A DNA stretch of 32,000 nucleotides from Trichlorobacter lovleyi SZ (lineage in GTDB: Bacteria; Desulfobacterota; Desulfuromonadia; Geobacterales; Pseudopelobacteraceae), in NCBI RefSeq assembly GCF_000020385.1, contig NC_010814.1, forward strand, positions 1,380,001-1,412,000, in the 5' to 3' direction. This document shows, in pieces, positions 10,817 to 22,895 of this stretch (within the stretch, counting starts at the first letter, position 1; each line of letters starts with the position of its first letter). A model generated the notes under the pieces. That model worked only from the letters and a program-made list of their open reading frames with translations. It did no database searches and was not told the origin of the DNA. Both the position numbers and the translations under genes were made by a program.

Positions 10817-11188
10817 ATGCCAACGATCAATCAGTTGATTCGTCAGGGTAGGGAAAAGAAGAGGGATAAGTCTACTGCGCCGGCGCTGAAGAGTTGCCCG
10901 CAAAAGCGTGGTGTTTGTACCAGGGTTTATACTACGACGCCTAAGAAGCCTAACTCTGCTCTTCGTAAGGTTGCTCGTGTTCGCTTGACTAACGGGATAG
11001 AGGTGACGTCGTATATTCCGGGTGTTGGTCATAACCTGCAGGAGCACTCTGTTGTCTTGATTCGTGGTGGCCGGGTGAAAGACTTGCCGGGTGTTCGTTA
11101 TCATATCGTTCGGGGTACGCTTGATTCTGTAGGTGTCAAGGGTCGTATGCAGGGTCGTTCCAAGTACGGCGCCAAGCGTCCTAAGTAA
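10817..11188 (+). CDS. rpsL: 30S ribosomal protein S12
   Basis: 123 aa, [15 protein letters not shown]...[21 protein letters not shown]...[13 protein letters not shown]. Unmistakable S12, and the first gene of the str cluster. Confidence 0.98.
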   Translation: MPTINQLIRQGREKKRDKSTAPALKSCPQKRGVCTRVYTTTPKKPNSALRKVARVRLTNGIEVTSYIPGVGHNLQEHSVVLIRGGRVKDLPGVRYHIVRGTLDSVGVKGRMQGRSKYGAKRPK

Positions 11189-11208
11189 ACTAGTAAGAGG
11201 GGTAAGGT

Positions 11209-11679
11209 ATGCCGAGGAGACGTGAAGTACCTAAGCGTGTGATTCTGCCGGATCCAAAATATAACGACAAGACAGTGGCTAAGCTGATTAACATTCTGAT
11301 GGTTGGTGGTAAGAAGAGTGTGGCTGAGTCGATACTGTATCGGGCGTTGGATATTGTTGAGAGTAAGTCTGGTGAAGAGGCGGTTAAGGCGTTGAAGAAG
11401 TGTCTTGATAACATAAAGCCTGCTCTTGAGGTTAAGTCGCGCCGGGTTGGTGGTTCAACTTATCAGGTTCCGGTTGAGGTGCGTCCTGACCGTCGGGTTT
11501 CTTTGGCGATGCGTTGGTTGATCAAGTATTCGGCAGCGCGTTCTGAAAAAACGATGACTGAAAAGATGGCTGGCGAGATTCTGGATGCCTTTAATAGTCG
11601 CGGTGCTGCTGTGAAGAAGCGGGAAGATACCCATAAGATGGCTGAGGCGAACCGTGCCTTTGCTCACTATCGTTGGTAG
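11209..11679 (+). CDS. rpsG: 30S ribosomal protein S7
   Basis: 156 aa, [19 protein letters not shown]...[17 protein letters not shown]...AHYRW. An SD lies upstream. Synteny is S12-S7-EF-G. Confidence 0.98.
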   Translation: MPRRREVPKRVILPDPKYNDKTVAKLINILMVGGKKSVAESILYRALDIVESKSGEEAVKALKKCLDNIKPALEVKSRRVGGSTYQVPVEVRPDRRVSLAMRWLIKYSAARSEKTMTEKMAGEILDAFNSRGAAVKKREDTHKMAEANRAFAHYRW

Positions 11680-11705
11680 TTTTTAGCTTGTTGGAGGAAT
11701 AGTTC

Positions 11706-13784
11706 GTGTCTCGTTTGTCACCACTTGATAAATATCGCAATATCGGCATTATGGCGCACATTGACGCCGGTAAGACCACTACTACTGAGCGTATTCTGTA
11801 CTACACCGGGGTTTCTCATAAGATTGGTGAAGTGCATGAAGGTACTGCTACCATGGACTGGATGGAGCAGGAGCAGGAGCGTGGCATTACTATTACCTCT
11901 GCAGCTACAACCTGTGAGTGGAATGACCACCGTATTAATATTATTGATACCCCTGGTCACGTTGACTTTACTATTGAAGTGGAGCGTTCGCTGCGGGTTT
12001 TGGATGGTGCTGTTGCGGTGTTCTGTTCTGTTGGTGGTGTTGAGCCTCAGTCTGAAACGGTCTGGCGCCAGGCGGATAAGTATCGCGTTCCGCGGATTGC
12101 TTTTATTAACAAGATGGACCGTATCGGGGCTGACTTCTTTCGTGGCGTTCAGATGATCAAGGATCGCTTGAAAGCGAACCCTGTTCCGCTTCAATTGCCG
12201 GTTGGTAAAGAAGATTATTTTAAAGGTATTGTTGATCTGGTCCGGATGAAGGCGATTATCTGGGACGAGGAGTCACTTGGTGCCAAATTTCATGAGGAAG
12301 AGATTCCTGCTGATCTGCTTGATGAGGCAAAGGAGTGGCGCGATAAGCTGATCGAAGAGATTTCGAGTCATGATGACGCCCTGATGGAAAAATATCTTGG
12401 TGGTGAAGAGCTGACTGAGGCTGAAATTATGGCTGCTATTCGCTCTTGTACCATCAATATTCAGATTATTCCGGTTGTGTGTGGTTCGTCCTTTAAAAAT
12501 AAAGGTGTTCAGAACCTGCTTGATGCTGTTGTTGATTATATGCCGTCTCCATTGGATATTCCTGCGATCAAGGGTATTGATGAATCTGGTGCGGAGGTTG
12601 AGCGTAAGGCTGACGACACAGAGCCGTTCTCGGCACTTGGCTTCAAGATTATGACCGACCCTTTTGTCGGGCAGCTGACTTTTATCCGGGTCTACTCAGG
12701 TGTGCTACAGTCCGGTTCCTATGTTTACAATGCAACCAAAGGTAAGCGTGAGCGGATTGGCCGCTTGTTGAAGATGCACGCCAACAAGCGTGAAGAAATT
12801 AAAGAAGTGTACGCTGGTGATATTGCTGCTGCGGTGGGTCTTAAATATACCACTACCGGTGACACGCTCTGTAATGAAGACCAGGCTGTTATTCTTGAGT
12901 CAATTGAGTTTCCTGAGCCGGTTATTTCTATTGCAATCGAGCCAAAGACCAAGTCAGACCAAGAGAAGCTCGGTCTCTCTCTTCAGAAGCTGGCTAGTGA
13001 AGATCCTTCGTTCAGGGTTAAGACAGACGAAGAAACCGGCCAGACGATTATTTCCGGTATGGGTGAGTTGCACCTTGAAATTATTGTTGATCGTATGATG
13101 CGTGAGTTTAAGGTCGAGGCAAATGTCGGTAAGCCTCAGGTTGCCTACCGTGAAACGATTACCAAGAAGGTCAAGGTTGAGGGTAAATTCGTACGTCAGT
13201 CTGGTGGTCGTGGTCAGTATGGACATGTCTGGCTCGAGGTCGAGCCGCAGCCAGAGCCGGGTAAAGGGTATGAGTTTGTTGATGCCATTAAAGGTGGCGT
13301 TGTGCCTCGCGAATATATCCCCGCAGTTGACAAGGGTATCCAAGAGGCAACCGACAACGGCGTGTTGGCAGGTTTCCCGGTTGTTGACGTGAAGGTGACG
13401 CTGATTGATGGATCGTATCACGAAGTTGACTCCTCAGAAATGGCTTTCAAGATAGCTGGCTCCATGGGCTTTAAAGAAGGCTGTCAAAAAGCTGGCCCGA
13501 TCCTGCTTGAGCCAATTATGTCTGTAGAGGTTGTGGTTCCTGAAGAATATATGGGTGAAGTTATTGGTGACTTAAACTCACGTCGTGGCCGTATCATGGG
13601 AATGGATTCCCGTGCTGGAGCGCAAGTCGTCAGCTCCATGGTTCCACTGGCTAATATGTTTGGTTACTCAACTGACCTGCGTTCAGCAACTCAGGGGCGT
13701 GCAACCTATGCAATGACATTTGATCATTATGAGCCGGTACCGAAGTCTGTATCTGACGAAATTATTGCTAAAGTAAAAGGGTAA
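11706..13784 (+). CDS. fusA: Translation elongation factor G
   Basis: 692 aa with a GTG start after ggagga (11693-11698). It has the G1 motif [27 protein letters not shown] and NKMDR, followed by domains II-V. Confidence 0.97.
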   Translation: MSRLSPLDKYRNIGIMAHIDAGKTTTTERILYYTGVSHKIGEVHEGTATMDWMEQEQERGITITSAATTCEWNDHRINIIDTPGHVDFTIEVERSLRVLDGAVAVFCSVGGVEPQSETVWRQADKYRVPRIAFINKMDRIGADFFRGVQMIKDRLKANPVPLQLPVGKEDYFKGIVDLVRMKAIIWDEESLGAKFHEEEIPADLLDEAKEWRDKLIEEISSHDDALMEKYLGGEELTEAEIMAAIRSCTINIQIIPVVCGSSFKNKGVQNLLDAVVDYMPSPLDIPAIKGIDESGAEVERKADDTEPFSALGFKIMTDPFVGQLTFIRVYSGVLQSGSYVYNATKGKRERIGRLLKMHANKREEIKEVYAGDIAAAVGLKYTTTGDTLCNEDQAVILESIEFPEPVISIAIEPKTKSDQEKLGLSLQKLASEDPSFRVKTDEETGQTIISGMGELHLEIIVDRMMREFKVEANVGKPQVAYRETITKKVKVEGKFVRQSGGRGQYGHVWLEVEPQPEPGKGYEFVDAIKGGVVPREYIPAVDKGIQEATDNGVLAGFPVVDVKVTLIDGSYHEVDSSEMAFKIAGSMGFKEGCQKAGPILLEPIMSVEVVVPEEYMGEVIGDLNSRRGRIMGMDSRAGAQVVSSMVPLANMFGYSTDLRSATQGRATYAMTFDHYEPVPKSVSDEIIAKVKG

Positions 13785-13819
13785 TACCCCGCGACTTAAG
13801 AAACAGGAGGGACCAGTCG

Positions 13820-15010
13820 ATGGCCAAGGCTAAATTTGAGCGTAATAAGACGCACGTAAACATCGGAACAATTGGTCACGTTGACCATGGTAAGACCACA
13901 TTGACCGCAGCGATCACGAAGGTGCTTGCTGGCAAGGGTCAGGCCGAATACAAGGCGTTTGATCAGATTGACAACGCCCCTGAAGAGCGTGAGCGTGGTA
14001 TCACCATTGCTACTGCCCACGTTGAATATGAGACCGACAAGCGCCACTATGCTCACGTCGACTGCCCTGGTCACGCTGACTACGTCAAGAACATGATCAC
14101 CGGTGCAGCACAGATGGACGGTGCCATTCTGGTTGTATCTGCAGCAGACGGCCCGATGCCTCAGACTCGCGAGCACATCCTGCTTGCCCGTCAGGTAGGC
14201 GTACCTTACATTGTTGTCTTCCTGAACAAGGCAGACATGGTCGACGACGCTGAGCTGCTTGAGCTGGTTGAACTGGAAATCCGTGAACTGCTTTCCAGCT
14301 ACGACTTCCCGGGTGACGATATTCCAATCATCAAAGGTTCTGCTCTGAAGGCCCTCAACGGCGACAAGGACGAGCTGGGCGAAGACTCAGTCAATGCACT
14401 GATGGAGGCTGTTGACAGCTACATCCCGGATCCTGAGCGTGCCATTGATCGTCCGTTCCTGATGCCGGTAGAAGACGTCTTCTCCATCTCCGGTCGTGGT
14501 ACTGTTGCCACCGGTCGTGTTGAGCGCGGTATTGTAAAGGTTGGCGAAGAAATCGAAATCGTCGGCATCAAAGCCACCGCCAAGACCACCGTAACCGGTG
14601 TAGAAATGTTCCGCAAGCTGCTTGACCAAGGTCAGGCTGGCGACAACATCGGCGCCCTGCTGCGTGGTGTTAAGCGTGAAGACATCGAGCGTGGTCAGGT
14701 GCTTGCCAAGCCCGGCAGCATCACTCCGCACACCAAGTTCAAGGCAGAAGCCTACATTCTCACCAAAGAAGAAGGTGGTCGTCACACCCCATTCTTTAAC
14801 GGCTATCGTCCGCAGTTCTACTTCCGCACCACTGACGTAACCGGTGTGGCTGAGCTGCCTGCGGGCACCGAGATGGTAATGCCTGGTGACAACATTGCCA
14901 TGACCGTAAACCTGATCACTCCGATCGCCATGGACGAAGGTCTTCGCTTCGCCATCCGTGAAGGTGGTCGTACCGTAGGCGCCGGCGTCGTCAGCGCAAT
15001 CATCGAGTAA
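13820..15010 (+). CDS. tuf: Translation elongation factor Tu
   Basis: 396 aa, [33 protein letters not shown]..., with DCPGHADY and NKADM. It shows strong C-ending codon bias typical of very highly expressed genes. Confidence 0.98.
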   Translation: MAKAKFERNKTHVNIGTIGHVDHGKTTLTAAITKVLAGKGQAEYKAFDQIDNAPEERERGITIATAHVEYETDKRHYAHVDCPGHADYVKNMITGAAQMDGAILVVSAADGPMPQTREHILLARQVGVPYIVVFLNKADMVDDAELLELVELEIRELLSSYDFPGDDIPIIKGSALKALNGDKDELGEDSVNALMEAVDSYIPDPERAIDRPFLMPVEDVFSISGRGTVATGRVERGIVKVGEEIEIVGIKATAKTTVTGVEMFRKLLDQGQAGDNIGALLRGVKREDIERGQVLAKPGSITPHTKFKAEAYILTKEEGGRHTPFFNGYRPQFYFRTTDVTGVAELPAGTEMVMPGDNIAMTVNLITPIAMDEGLRFAIREGGRTVGAGVVSAIIE

Positions 15011-15028
15011 AGATTAAGCGAGGAAGCG

Positions 15029-15337
15029 ATGCAGAGCCAGAAGATCAGAATTCGCCTTAAGGCATATGACCATAAGTTGCTGGATGTATCCGTCGGTGAG
15101 ATTGTTGAGACGGCAAAGCGTACCGGTGCTCGTGTAGCAGGACCAATTCCGCTGCCAACGGTTATCAATAAGTATTGTGTGCTGCGTGGACCTCACGTTG
15201 ACAAGAAGTCCCGTGACCAGTTTGAGATCAGAACCCATAAGCGTCTGATTGATATTCTTGACCCGACACAGCAGACCGTTGACGCGCTGATGAAATTGGA
15301 CCTGTCCGCAGGCGTTGATGTTGAAATCAAGCTGTAG
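15029..15337 (+). CDS. rpsJ: 30S ribosomal protein S10
   Basis: 102 aa, [19 protein letters not shown]...[11 protein letters not shown]. It starts only 18 nt after the tuf stop. Confidence 0.98.
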   Translation: MQSQKIRIRLKAYDHKLLDVSVGEIVETAKRTGARVAGPIPLPTVINKYCVLRGPHVDKKSRDQFEIRTHKRLIDILDPTQQTVDALMKLDLSAGVDVEIKL

Positions 15338-15364
15338 ACATTATTGCCAGATAGGATGTCTGTT

Positions 15365-16000
15365 ATGAATAAAGGGATTATCGGAAAAAAGCTGGGCATG
15401 ACCCAGATCTTCCTGGAAGATGGTACCCGCGTTCCAGTAACGGTGGTACAGGCAGGGCCTTGTGTGGTGCTGCAGAAGAAGACAGCAGAAGTTGATGGCT
15501 ATTCAGCCGTTCAGGTTGGATTTGAAACTGTCAATGCCGCTAAGGCAAACTCTGCGGACCGTGGGCATTGCGTCAAGGCAGGTAAAGGTGTGTTTCGGCA
15601 TCTGCGTGAGCTGAAGCTGGAGCAAGAGGCCGAACTGAATATCGGTGATGAACTAACCGTTCAACAGTTTGAGCCAGGTGACCTGATAGATGTTACGGGT
15701 ACTAGTATCGGTAAAGGCTTTCAAGGTGTTATCAAGCGTCACAACTTCAAGGGTGGCCGTGCCTCCCACGGTTCTCGCTTCCACCGTGCACCTGGTTCTA
15801 TCGGTTGTTCGGCAACACCTTCACGGGTTTTTAAGAACAAGAAGATGCCGGGTCAGATGGGGAATGAGCGCGTTACTGTACAGCGTCTCCAGGTGGTTCG
15901 AGTTGATGCAGATCAGAATCTCATCCTGATTAAAGGTGCGATTCCAGATTCCAAGAACAATGTCGTTGTCATTAAAGACAGCGTCAAAGCCACCAAGTAA
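15365..16000 (+). CDS. rplC: 50S ribosomal protein L3
   Basis: The start was moved from the track TTG at 15344 to ATG 15365, with agga 8 nt upstream. This gives [16 protein letters not shown], the usual L3 N-terminus (211 aa). Confidence 0.95.
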   Translation: MNKGIIGKKLGMTQIFLEDGTRVPVTVVQAGPCVVLQKKTAEVDGYSAVQVGFETVNAAKANSADRGHCVKAGKGVFRHLRELKLEQEAELNIGDELTVQQFEPGDLIDVTGTSIGKGFQGVIKRHNFKGGRASHGSRFHRAPGSIGCSATPSRVFKNKKMPGQMGNERVTVQRLQVVRVDADQNLILIKGAIPDSKNNVVVIKDSVKATK

Positions 16001-16019
16001 TCAGACGGAGTAGTTACGT

Positions 16020-16640
16020 ATGCCAACAATAGCTCTGTATAATATGAATCGTGAAAAAATTGGTGAAGTTGCCCTTGATGAGCAGATCTTTGCCGCTGAA
16101 GTTAAAGAGCCGCTGATCCACCAGGCCCTTAAGGTGCAACTTGCAAACCGCCGTGCTGGTACGGTTAAGACCAAAACTCGTGCTGAAGTTTCCGGCGGTG
16201 GCAAGAAGCCGTTTAAGCAAAAAGGTACTGGTAATGCACGTCAAGGTTGTTCACGTGCGCCTCAGTATCCAGGTGGTGGTACCGTTTTCGGTCCTCAACC
16301 AAAGACCTATAATCTTGGTATCAACAAGAAAGCTCGTAAAGCTGCGCTGCGCTCCCTGCTTTCCATGCAGCTCAAGAGTGAAAAGATTACAGTTCTGGAT
16401 CAAATCGAATTTGCAAAGATTTCCACTAAAGACTTTGCCGGTTTTATGAAGAAATTTGATCTGGAGCGGTCATTGATTATCACCGAGGAACCATCGACGA
16501 ACCTTGCATTGTCGTCGCGAAATGTTCCCTATGTTAAGTTGCTCAAGGCTGACGGTTTGAATGTTTTTGATGTGCTTAAATATCAAAACATTGTCATGAC
16601 CGAGGGTGCTGTGCGACTCGTGGAAGGAGCGCTGCAGTAA
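16020..16640 (+). CDS. rplD: 50S ribosomal protein L4
   Basis: 206 aa, with ...[29 protein letters not shown]... typical of L4. Synteny is L3-L4-L23. Confidence 0.97.
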
Positions 16641-16924
16641 TGAACATCTATTCAATTATCAAAAAGCCGCATGTCACCGAGAAAACATCTCTCGGTACTG
16701 AGGCTGCAAACACCATCACCCTGGTGGTTGACCGAGATTCAAACAAGATCGAAATCAAGAAAGCTGTTGAGTCGCTCTTCAAGGTCAATGTTACTTCGGT
16801 ACGTACCGTGAATGTGGCTGGCAAAGTCAAGCGCTTCGGTCGTAACTATGGCAAGCGTCAAAACTGGAAAAAGGCCTATATCACGCTGAAGGAAGGCCAG
16901 ACCGTCGACTTCTTCGAAGTGTAA
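16640..16924 (+). CDS. rplW: 50S ribosomal protein L23
   Basis: 94 aa. The ATG overlaps the rplD TAA by 1 nt (TAATG), which suggests translational coupling. The sequence [12 protein letters not shown]...WKKAYITL is typical of L23. Confidence 0.97.
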   Translation: MNIYSIIKKPHVTEKTSLGTEAANTITLVVDRDSNKIEIKKAVESLFKVNVTSVRTVNVAGKVKRFGRNYGKRQNWKKAYITLKEGQTVDFFEV

Positions 16925-16956
16925 CGGACTAATCATTACTGAATCGGGGTTCAGGT

Positions 16957-17781
16957 ATGGCAATAAAGAGCTACAAGCCCACATCTGCTGGGCGCAGACA
17001 TCAAACCTGTTCGACGTTTGAGGAGATTACCTCCACAACGCCGGAGAAGTCCCTGCTGGTCAAGATTAAAAAGACTGGTGGTCGTAACCACTTTGGCCGA
17101 GTAACTGCACGCCATCAAGGCGGTGGTCACAAGCAGAAGTATCGTATGATCGATTTTCGTCGTGACAAGCGCGGTATCCCCGCAAAGGTCGCTACGATTG
17201 AATATGACCCAAACCGTAGTGCACGAATTGCCCTTCTTCACTATACTGATGGAGAAAAACGCTACATTCTGGCACCGCTAGACCTCAAGGTTGGCGATAC
17301 TGTGTTGAGTGGTCCAGAGGCCGATATCAAGCCAGGCAATTCTTTGCCATTACGCTCGATTCCGCTGGGTACTATTATCCATAATATTGAACTTAAGATC
17401 GGCAAAGGGGCGCAACTTGCCCGTAGTGCCGGTACGTTTGCCCAGTTGATGTCTAAAGAGGGCAAGTACTCACAGGTTAAGTTGCCTTCCGGTGAGGTTC
17501 GTCTGGTTCTTCAAGACTGTTATGCGACCATTGGTCAAGTAGGTAATATTGACCATGAGAACGTCTGTCTGGGTAAGGCTGGCCGCTCACGCTGGCTGGG
17601 TAAGCGTCCGAAGGTTCGTGGTGTTGCTATGAACCCGGTTGACCACCCACATGGCGGTGGTGAAGGTAGAACCTCTGGTGGGCGTCACCCGGTAACTCCG
17701 TGGGGCATTCCTACCAAGGGTTATAAAACCCGCACAAATAAAACGTCAGACCGCTTTATTGTTAAAAAACGTACGAAATAA
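16957..17781 (+). CDS. rplB: 50S ribosomal protein L2
   Basis: 274 aa, [17 protein letters not shown]...[26 protein letters not shown]. Confidence 0.98.
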   Translation: MAIKSYKPTSAGRRHQTCSTFEEITSTTPEKSLLVKIKKTGGRNHFGRVTARHQGGGHKQKYRMIDFRRDKRGIPAKVATIEYDPNRSARIALLHYTDGEKRYILAPLDLKVGDTVLSGPEADIKPGNSLPLRSIPLGTIIHNIELKIGKGAQLARSAGTFAQLMSKEGKYSQVKLPSGEVRLVLQDCYATIGQVGNIDHENVCLGKAGRSRWLGKRPKVRGVAMNPVDHPHGGGEGRTSGGRHPVTPWGIPTKGYKTRTNKTSDRFIVKKRTK

Positions 17782-17803
17782 TCGAATGAGAGGCTAGCTC
17801 TAT

Positions 17804-18082
17804 ATGGCACGCTCGATAAAAAAAGGCCCCTTCGTAGATGGCCACCTGATGAAAAAAGTTGAGACTGAGGGTCCTAACTCCAAAAAAATCATCAAGACAT
17901 GGTCCCGCCGCTCGACTATTACCCCTGAGTTTATCGGGGTGTCTCTGGCGGTACATAACGGCAAGAAATTCATCCCGGTCTTTGTTACCGAGAACATGGT
18001 TGGTCATAAATTGGGTGAATTTTCACCAACTCGGACCTTCCACGGCCATGCTGCCGACAAAAAGAGCAAGGTCAAGAAGTAA
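17804..18082 (+). CDS. rpsS: 30S ribosomal protein S19
   Basis: 92 aa, [15 protein letters not shown]...[33 protein letters not shown]. Confidence 0.98.
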   Translation: MARSIKKGPFVDGHLMKKVETEGPNSKKIIKTWSRRSTITPEFIGVSLAVHNGKKFIPVFVTENMVGHKLGEFSPTRTFHGHAADKKSKVKK

Positions 18083-18098
18083 TAAAGGAGCGATTTGA

Positions 18099-18440
18099 AT
18101 GGAATCCAGTGCCAAATTATCATTAGCACGCCTGTCTCCGCGTAAGACGCGGACTGTCGCCGATCTGGTTCGGGGCAAGGGTATCCAGCAAGCACTGAAC
18201 ACCCTGTCTTTCTTGCCGAATCCGTCAGCACAGATTCTTCTCAAACTTCTTAAGTCGGCAGTTGCCAATGCCGAGCAGAAGGGTGTGAACGATATAGACA
18301 AGCTGTTTGTAAAAACGATCTTTGTTGATGGCGGTGCCGTTCTTAAGCGCTTTGTACCGCGCGCAATGGGCCGTGCTAGCAAGATCCGCAAGCCGACAAG
18401 CCACATTTCTGTGGTTTTGTCTGACACGAAAACGAGATAG
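18099..18440 (+). CDS. rplV: 50S ribosomal protein L22
   Basis: 113 aa with SD aaggag at 18085-18090. The sequence ...RLSPRKTRTVADLVRGK...FVDGGAVLKRFVPRAMGRASKIRKPTSHI is typical of L22. Confidence 0.97.
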   Translation: MESSAKLSLARLSPRKTRTVADLVRGKGIQQALNTLSFLPNPSAQILLKLLKSAVANAEQKGVNDIDKLFVKTIFVDGGAVLKRFVPRAMGRASKIRKPTSHISVVLSDTKTR

Positions 18441-18455
18441 GCCGGAGGTGCAGTC

Positions 18456-19088
18456 TTGGGACAGAAAGTAAATCCGATAGGTTTCAGACTTGGCGTCATC
18501 AAGACCTGGGACTCGAAGTGGTACGCTGAGGCTGATTTTGCCAAGAACCTCCACGAGGACCTGAAGATTCGCCAGTTTTTGAAGAAGCGTCTGTATAGTG
18601 CAGGCATCTCAAAGATTGAAATTGAGCGTGCTGCAAACAAGACCAAGATCAATATTCACGCAGCCCGTCCAGGCCTGATTATTGGAAAGAAGGGTGCTGA
18701 AGTAGAGCTGCTTAAAAAAGATCTGGCTGCTATTACCTCAAAAGAAGTGTTCATTAACATTAATGAGGTTCGTAAGCCTGAACTTGATGCTCAACTGGTT
18801 GCTGAAAACGTAGCACTTCAACTTGAGCGTCGGATTGCATTCCGTCGCGCCATGAAGAAGAGTGTAACCTCTTCACTCAAGTTTGGTGCAAAGGGTATTC
18901 GTATCACCTGTTCAGGCCGTTTGGGTGGTGCTGAAATGTCACGTACCGAGTGGTATCGTGAAGGCAGGGTACCGTTGCATACCCTGCGTGCAGATATCGA
19001 TTACGGGTTTGCCGAGGCCAAGACCACCTATGGTATCATCGGGGTAAAGGTCCTGATCTTCAAGGGTGAAGTCCTGCCAGGACAATAA
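18456..19088 (+). CDS. rpsC: 30S ribosomal protein S3
   Basis: 210 aa with a TTG start after ggaggtg (18444-18450). The sequence runs [24 protein letters not shown]... Confidence 0.97.
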   Translation: MGQKVNPIGFRLGVIKTWDSKWYAEADFAKNLHEDLKIRQFLKKRLYSAGISKIEIERAANKTKINIHAARPGLIIGKKGAEVELLKKDLAAITSKEVFININEVRKPELDAQLVAENVALQLERRIAFRRAMKKSVTSSLKFGAKGIRITCSGRLGGAEMSRTEWYREGRVPLHTLRADIDYGFAEAKTTYGIIGVKVLIFKGEVLPGQ

Positions 19089-19106
19089 GTTTCAGGAGCA
19101 AGTCAC

Positions 19107-19529
19107 ATGTTAATGCCGAAAAGGGTTAAGCATAGAAAGCAGATGAAAGGGCGGATGACGGGCGCAGCCTGCCGCCGGATCGAGATCTCATACGGTGAGT
19201 TTGCACTGCAGGCTACCGAATGCGGTTGGGTCGACTCACGTCAGATTGAGGCAGCGCGTATTGCCATGACCCGTTATATTAAGCGGGGCGGAAAGATCTG
19301 GATCCGTATGTTTCCTGATAAGCCGCTGACAGCAAAGCCGGCTGAAACCCGGATGGGTAAGGGTAAAGGTTCTCCTGATTCTTGGGTGTGTGTGGTAAAG
19401 CCCGGCATGGTGCTGTATGAGATGGAGGGGGTTACTGAGGAAATCGCACGCGAGGCCTTCAGGCTGGCAGCTCACAAGTTGCCTATATCCACCAAGTTCA
19501 TTACCAGAGGTACCCAAAATGAAGGCTAA
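19107..19529 (+). CDS. rplP: 50S ribosomal protein L16
   Basis: 140 aa, [17 protein letters not shown]...[19 protein letters not shown]. Confidence 0.98.
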   Translation: MLMPKRVKHRKQMKGRMTGAACRRIEISYGEFALQATECGWVDSRQIEAARIAMTRYIKRGGKIWIRMFPDKPLTAKPAETRMGKGKGSPDSWVCVVKPGMVLYEMEGVTEEIAREAFRLAAHKLPISTKFITRGTQNEG

Positions 19530-19707
19530 TGATTTCCGCAAAATGGCTGAGGCTGAATTGAAGCAGAAACGGGACGAATTGACCCAGGAGCTCTTCAACC
19601 TTAAGTTTCAATTGAACACAGGGCGCCTTGAGAATACCGGAAAGCTTGGCGCGATCCGCAAAGATATCGCACGGATCAATACCATCCTTACAGAAAGCAG
19701 GGGTTAG
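19519..19707 (+). CDS. rpmC: 50S ribosomal protein L29
   Basis: The true start is the internal ATG at 19519 of track ORF 19417..19707. It gives 62 aa, [31 protein letters not shown]... It overlaps the rplP 3' end by 11 nt. Confidence 0.93.
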   Translation: MKANDFRKMAEAELKQKRDELTQELFNLKFQLNTGRLENTGKLGAIRKDIARINTILTESRG

Positions 19708-19714
19708 GACTGTC

Positions 19715-19972
19715 ATGGGTGAGCTTGGACACAGACGTACTCAGACCGGCGTCGTAGTCAGTGACAAAATGGAAAAGACAGTTGTTGTAAGAGTCGACCG
19801 CCTTGTTAAGCATCCGCTATACAATAAGTATATTAAGCGGAGTGTAAAATATAAGGTTCACGATGAGAAGAACAGCTGCAAGGCAGGGGACAAGGTGCAG
19901 ATTGTTGAGTGCCGTCCATTAAGCAAAGACAAGCGCTGGGCCCTGCGCCAGATTCTTGAGAGCGCTGCGTAG
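19715..19972 (+). CDS. rpsQ: 30S ribosomal protein S17
   Basis: The true start is the ATG at 19715 inside track ORF 19628..19972. It gives 85 aa, [43 protein letters not shown]... Confidence 0.93.
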   Translation: MGELGHRRTQTGVVVSDKMEKTVVVRVDRLVKHPLYNKYIKRSVKYKVHDEKNSCKAGDKVQIVECRPLSKDKRWALRQILESAA

Positions 19973-19996
19973 CAGCCCCCCAGAGAGGATACGAGC

Positions 19997-20365
19997 ATGA
20001 TTCAGATGCAGACTATACTTGACGTAGCCGACAACTCTGGTGCAAAAAAACTATTTTGCATCAAGGTACTTGGCGGGTCTAAGCGTAAATATGCAGGAGT
20101 TGGTGACATTGTCGTCTGCTCAGTGCGTGAAGCGCTACCTAATTCCAAGGTTAAAAAAGGTGATGTGGTTAAAGCGGTAATAGTGCGTACCGCAAAAGAA
20201 CTTGGACGCCCTGATGGTTCCTATATCCGTTTTGATAACAACTCAGGTGTTGTCATTAATAACGCGAAGGAACCGGTCGGTACCCGTATCTTCGGTCCTG
20301 TCGCACGGGAATTGCGGGCTAAAAAGTTTATGAAGATCATCTCCCTTGCACCGGAAGTACTTTAA
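19997..20365 (+). CDS. rplN: 50S ribosomal protein L14
   Basis: 122 aa, [33 protein letters not shown]... Confidence 0.98.
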   Translation: MIQMQTILDVADNSGAKKLFCIKVLGGSKRKYAGVGDIVVCSVREALPNSKVKKGDVVKAVIVRTAKELGRPDGSYIRFDNNSGVVINNAKEPVGTRIFGPVARELRAKKFMKIISLAPEVL

Positions 20366-20386
20366 CGCAAAATTGGAGAAACACTG

Positions 20387-20713
20387 ATGCAAACGAAAAA
20401 ATATCACGTAGCTAAAGGTGATACGGTAATGGTCATTGCCGGTAAGGAAAAGGCAAAGACTGGCAAAGTACTGCAGGTACTCCCTAAAAAAGACGCAGTT
20501 ATCGTAGAAGGCCTTAATATGGTGAAGCGTCACGTACGTGCCCGTGGTAATGAGCCTGGCGGCATTACTGAGAAAGAAGCTGCACTGCATGTGTCCAATG
20601 TACAGCTTTACTGTACCAAGTGCGTAAAACCTGTTCGCACCAGAATCAAGGTGCTTGAGAACGGTGAAAAACAACGCACCTGTGTTAAGTGTGACAGCTC
20701 TCTGGAGAATTAA
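20387..20713 (+). CDS. rplX: 50S ribosomal protein L24 (Cys4 form)
   Basis: 108 aa with the KOW region [21 protein letters not shown]. The C-terminal part carries CTKC...CVKC (C76, C79, C99, C102). Confidence 0.96.
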   Translation: MQTKKYHVAKGDTVMVIAGKEKAKTGKVLQVLPKKDAVIVEGLNMVKRHVRARGNEPGGITEKEAALHVSNVQLYCTKCVKPVRTRIKVLENGEKQRTCVKCDSSLEN

Positions 20714-20731
20714 TCGGGAGGAATCCAGGCC

Positions 20732-21271
20732 ATGGCCAGATTGAAAGATGTATACCAGAACGAAGTAGTGCAGAAACTGCGTGCTGAGTTCAATTATAAA
20801 AATATTATGGAAGTCCCCAGAATTGAAAAGGTAGTTATCAATATGGGGCTTGGTGAGGCGATTCAGAATGTAAAAATTCTTGATTCTGCTGCATCAGAGT
20901 TGGGTAAAATCACTGGCCAGAAGGCGGTAATTACCAAGGCAAAGAAGTCAATTGCGAGCTTTAAACTTCGTGAGGGCATGCCTATTGGTTGCATGGTAAC
21001 TCTGCGTCGTGAGCGTATGTATGAATTTCTTGATCGCCTGATGAACGTTGCACTCGCCCGTGTACGCGACTTTAAAGGTGTTTCAGGTAAGGCATTTGAT
21101 GGACAGGGAAATTATACGCTTGGCATTAAAGAACAGCTTATTTTTCCTGAAATCAATTACGATGAAATTGACAAAATCAAGGGGTTGAATGTTACTATTG
21201 TGACTTCAGCTAAAAATGATGAAGAAGGCAAGGCCCTGCTTAAGCACATGGGCATGCCGTTCAGGAACTAG
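20732..21271 (+). CDS. rplE: 50S ribosomal protein L5
   Basis: 179 aa, [16 protein letters not shown]...[15 protein letters not shown]. Confidence 0.98.
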   Translation: MARLKDVYQNEVVQKLRAEFNYKNIMEVPRIEKVVINMGLGEAIQNVKILDSAASELGKITGQKAVITKAKKSIASFKLREGMPIGCMVTLRRERMYEFLDRLMNVALARVRDFKGVSGKAFDGQGNYTLGIKEQLIFPEINYDEIDKIKGLNVTIVTSAKNDEEGKALLKHMGMPFRN

Positions 21272-21283
21272 TGGGAGGATTCC

Positions 21284-21469
21284 GTGGCAAAAGTCTCGAT
21301 GATCAACAAGTCGCAGCGCACGCCTAAGTTCAAGGTACGTCAGCATAACCGCTGCCCGGTCTGCGGACGTCCCAAGGCTTTTTATCGCAAGTTTCAGATG
21401 TGCCGTATCTGCCTGCGTAAATATGCTTCCGCCGGACAGATCCCCGGCGTTATCAAGTCCAGCTGGTAA
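21284..21469 (+). CDS. rpsN: 30S ribosomal protein S14, short Zn-binding type Z
   Basis: 61 aa with a GTG start after gggagga (21273-21279). The sequence [26 protein letters not shown] contains CxxC...CxxC. Confidence 0.96.
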   Translation: MAKVSMINKSQRTPKFKVRQHNRCPVCGRPKAFYRKFQMCRICLRKYASAGQIPGVIKSSW

Positions 21470-21499
21470 TGCTGCATACACACAGAGGAGTGCGTCTCG

Positions 21500-21898
21500 A
21501 TGTCAATGACTGATCCTATCGCCGATATGCTGACTAGAATTCGCAATGCGAATATGGTTAAGCTTCAAAAGGTTGATATCCCTTCTTCAAACGTCAAGGT
21601 GAATATCGCCCAGGTATTGAAGCAAGAAGGGTACATCAAAAATTATAAGGTTATCGCCGATAATCGACAGGGAGTCCTTCGGGTCTATCTGAAGTTCATC
21701 GATGAAAAAGATCCGGTGATCAATGAGATTACCAGGATAAGTAAGCCTGGCAGCCGGACGTATGTTGACTCAGAATCAATTCCTACCATCAAAAATGGTC
21801 TTGGGATTGCCATTCTGTCAACTTCAAAGGGTATTATGACTGATGCATCTGCCCGTCAGGCCGGTATCGGTGGCGAACTGCTCTGCACCGTTTGGTAA
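21500..21898 (+). CDS. rpsH: 30S ribosomal protein S8
   Basis: 132 aa, [20 protein letters not shown]...GGELLCTVW. Confidence 0.98.
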
Positions 21899-21930
21899 GT
21901 AGCCAGTCTTAGTTCTAAAGGAGTCACACA

Positions 21931-22470
21931 ATGTCACGAATCGGGAAATTGCCGATTGAAGTTCCTAAAGGGGTCACAGTGACCTTCGTTGATTCAGTCC
22001 TGACCGTTAAAGGTCCCAAGGGTGAATTGTGCCGTACGATCATGCCTGAAGTTTCTGTTGCCGTTGAGGATGGAAAAATCAGTGTTACTAGGCCCGATGA
22101 TGCCATTAAATCCCGTTCTGCCCATGGACTTACCCGTACTTTGGTAAATAACATGGTCGTCGGTGTAACTGCCGGTTATCAGACGGATCTTGAAATTAAC
22201 GGTGTTGGTTATCGTGCTGAAGTAAAGGGTGCTGAACTGGTTCTGAGTCTTGGTTACTCACATCCGGTTGTCTTTCCTCTTCCATCAGGTATTACCGTTG
22301 AAGTCGACAAGATGACTAAGTTGGCTGTAAAAGGTATTGATAAGGAACTGGTTGGTCAAACTGCTGCCAAGATACGTTCCTTCCGTGGTCCCGAGCCTTA
22401 CAAAGGTAAGGGTATCAAATATGCCACAGAGACCATTCTGCGCAAGGCTGGTAAGACTGGTAAAAAATAG
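21931..22470 (+). CDS. rplF: 50S ribosomal protein L6
   Basis: 179 aa, [17 protein letters not shown]...[11 protein letters not shown]. Confidence 0.98.
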   Translation: MSRIGKLPIEVPKGVTVTFVDSVLTVKGPKGELCRTIMPEVSVAVEDGKISVTRPDDAIKSRSAHGLTRTLVNNMVVGVTAGYQTDLEINGVGYRAEVKGAELVLSLGYSHPVVFPLPSGITVEVDKMTKLAVKGIDKELVGQTAAKIRSFRGPEPYKGKGIKYATETILRKAGKTGKK

Positions 22471-22499
22471 GAACCTGTAACAGGGTAAGGAGCAGATTC

Positions 22500-22868
22500 G
22501 TGGGAAAGACATCGCAAAAAACAATTACGCGCCTCAAGCGCCAGGTCAGGGTTCGCAAGAAGGTGACAGGTACCGCAGAACGGCCACGCCTGAACGTATT
22601 TAGAAGCGCAAATCATATTTATGCCCAGTTGATTGATGATGTGCAGGGTGTAACCCTGGCTGCAGCCTCAACCTGCACTGAGGGTGTTGCGCAGTCCGGT
22701 GTTCATACCGGGAATAAGGCATCTGCAGCTGCTGTTGGCGCGGCTATTGCTAGGGTTGCTTTACAAAAGGATATTCGCTCCGTGGTGTTTGATCGCAACG
22801 GATTTCTTTATCATGGCCGGATTCAGGCTCTTGCAGATGCGGCTCGGGAAGCCGGTCTTGATTTCTAA
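22500..22868 (+). CDS. rplR: 50S ribosomal protein L18
   Basis: 122 aa with a GTG start after aaggag (22487-22492). The sequence ...[20 protein letters not shown]...[26 protein letters not shown] is typical of L18. Confidence 0.96.
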   Translation: MGKTSQKTITRLKRQVRVRKKVTGTAERPRLNVFRSANHIYAQLIDDVQGVTLAAASTCTEGVAQSGVHTGNKASAAAVGAAIARVALQKDIRSVVFDRNGFLYHGRIQALADAAREAGLDF

Positions 22869-22895
22869 GTTTTCACTCTCCCAGGGAGGTTGGTA

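Noticed and set aside
10817-15010. Apparent compositional contrast between very G+T-rich coding strands and C-ending-codon-rich sequence. The G+T-rich stretches are rpsL-rpsG-fusA and adk-map, with hand counts on single 60-nt lines of about 60-75 percent G+T. Lines in tuf and rpsM gave about 38-42 percent. This might suggest mosaic origin.
   Set aside because: Hand counts on other ordinary ribosomal protein genes scatter across the same range; one rplF line gave about 68 percent and one rplD line about 45 percent. No defensible boundary exists. The tuf bias is the classical codon bias of very highly expressed genes. A proper sliding-window GC3/GT-skew and codon-adaptation computation would be needed before claiming anything.
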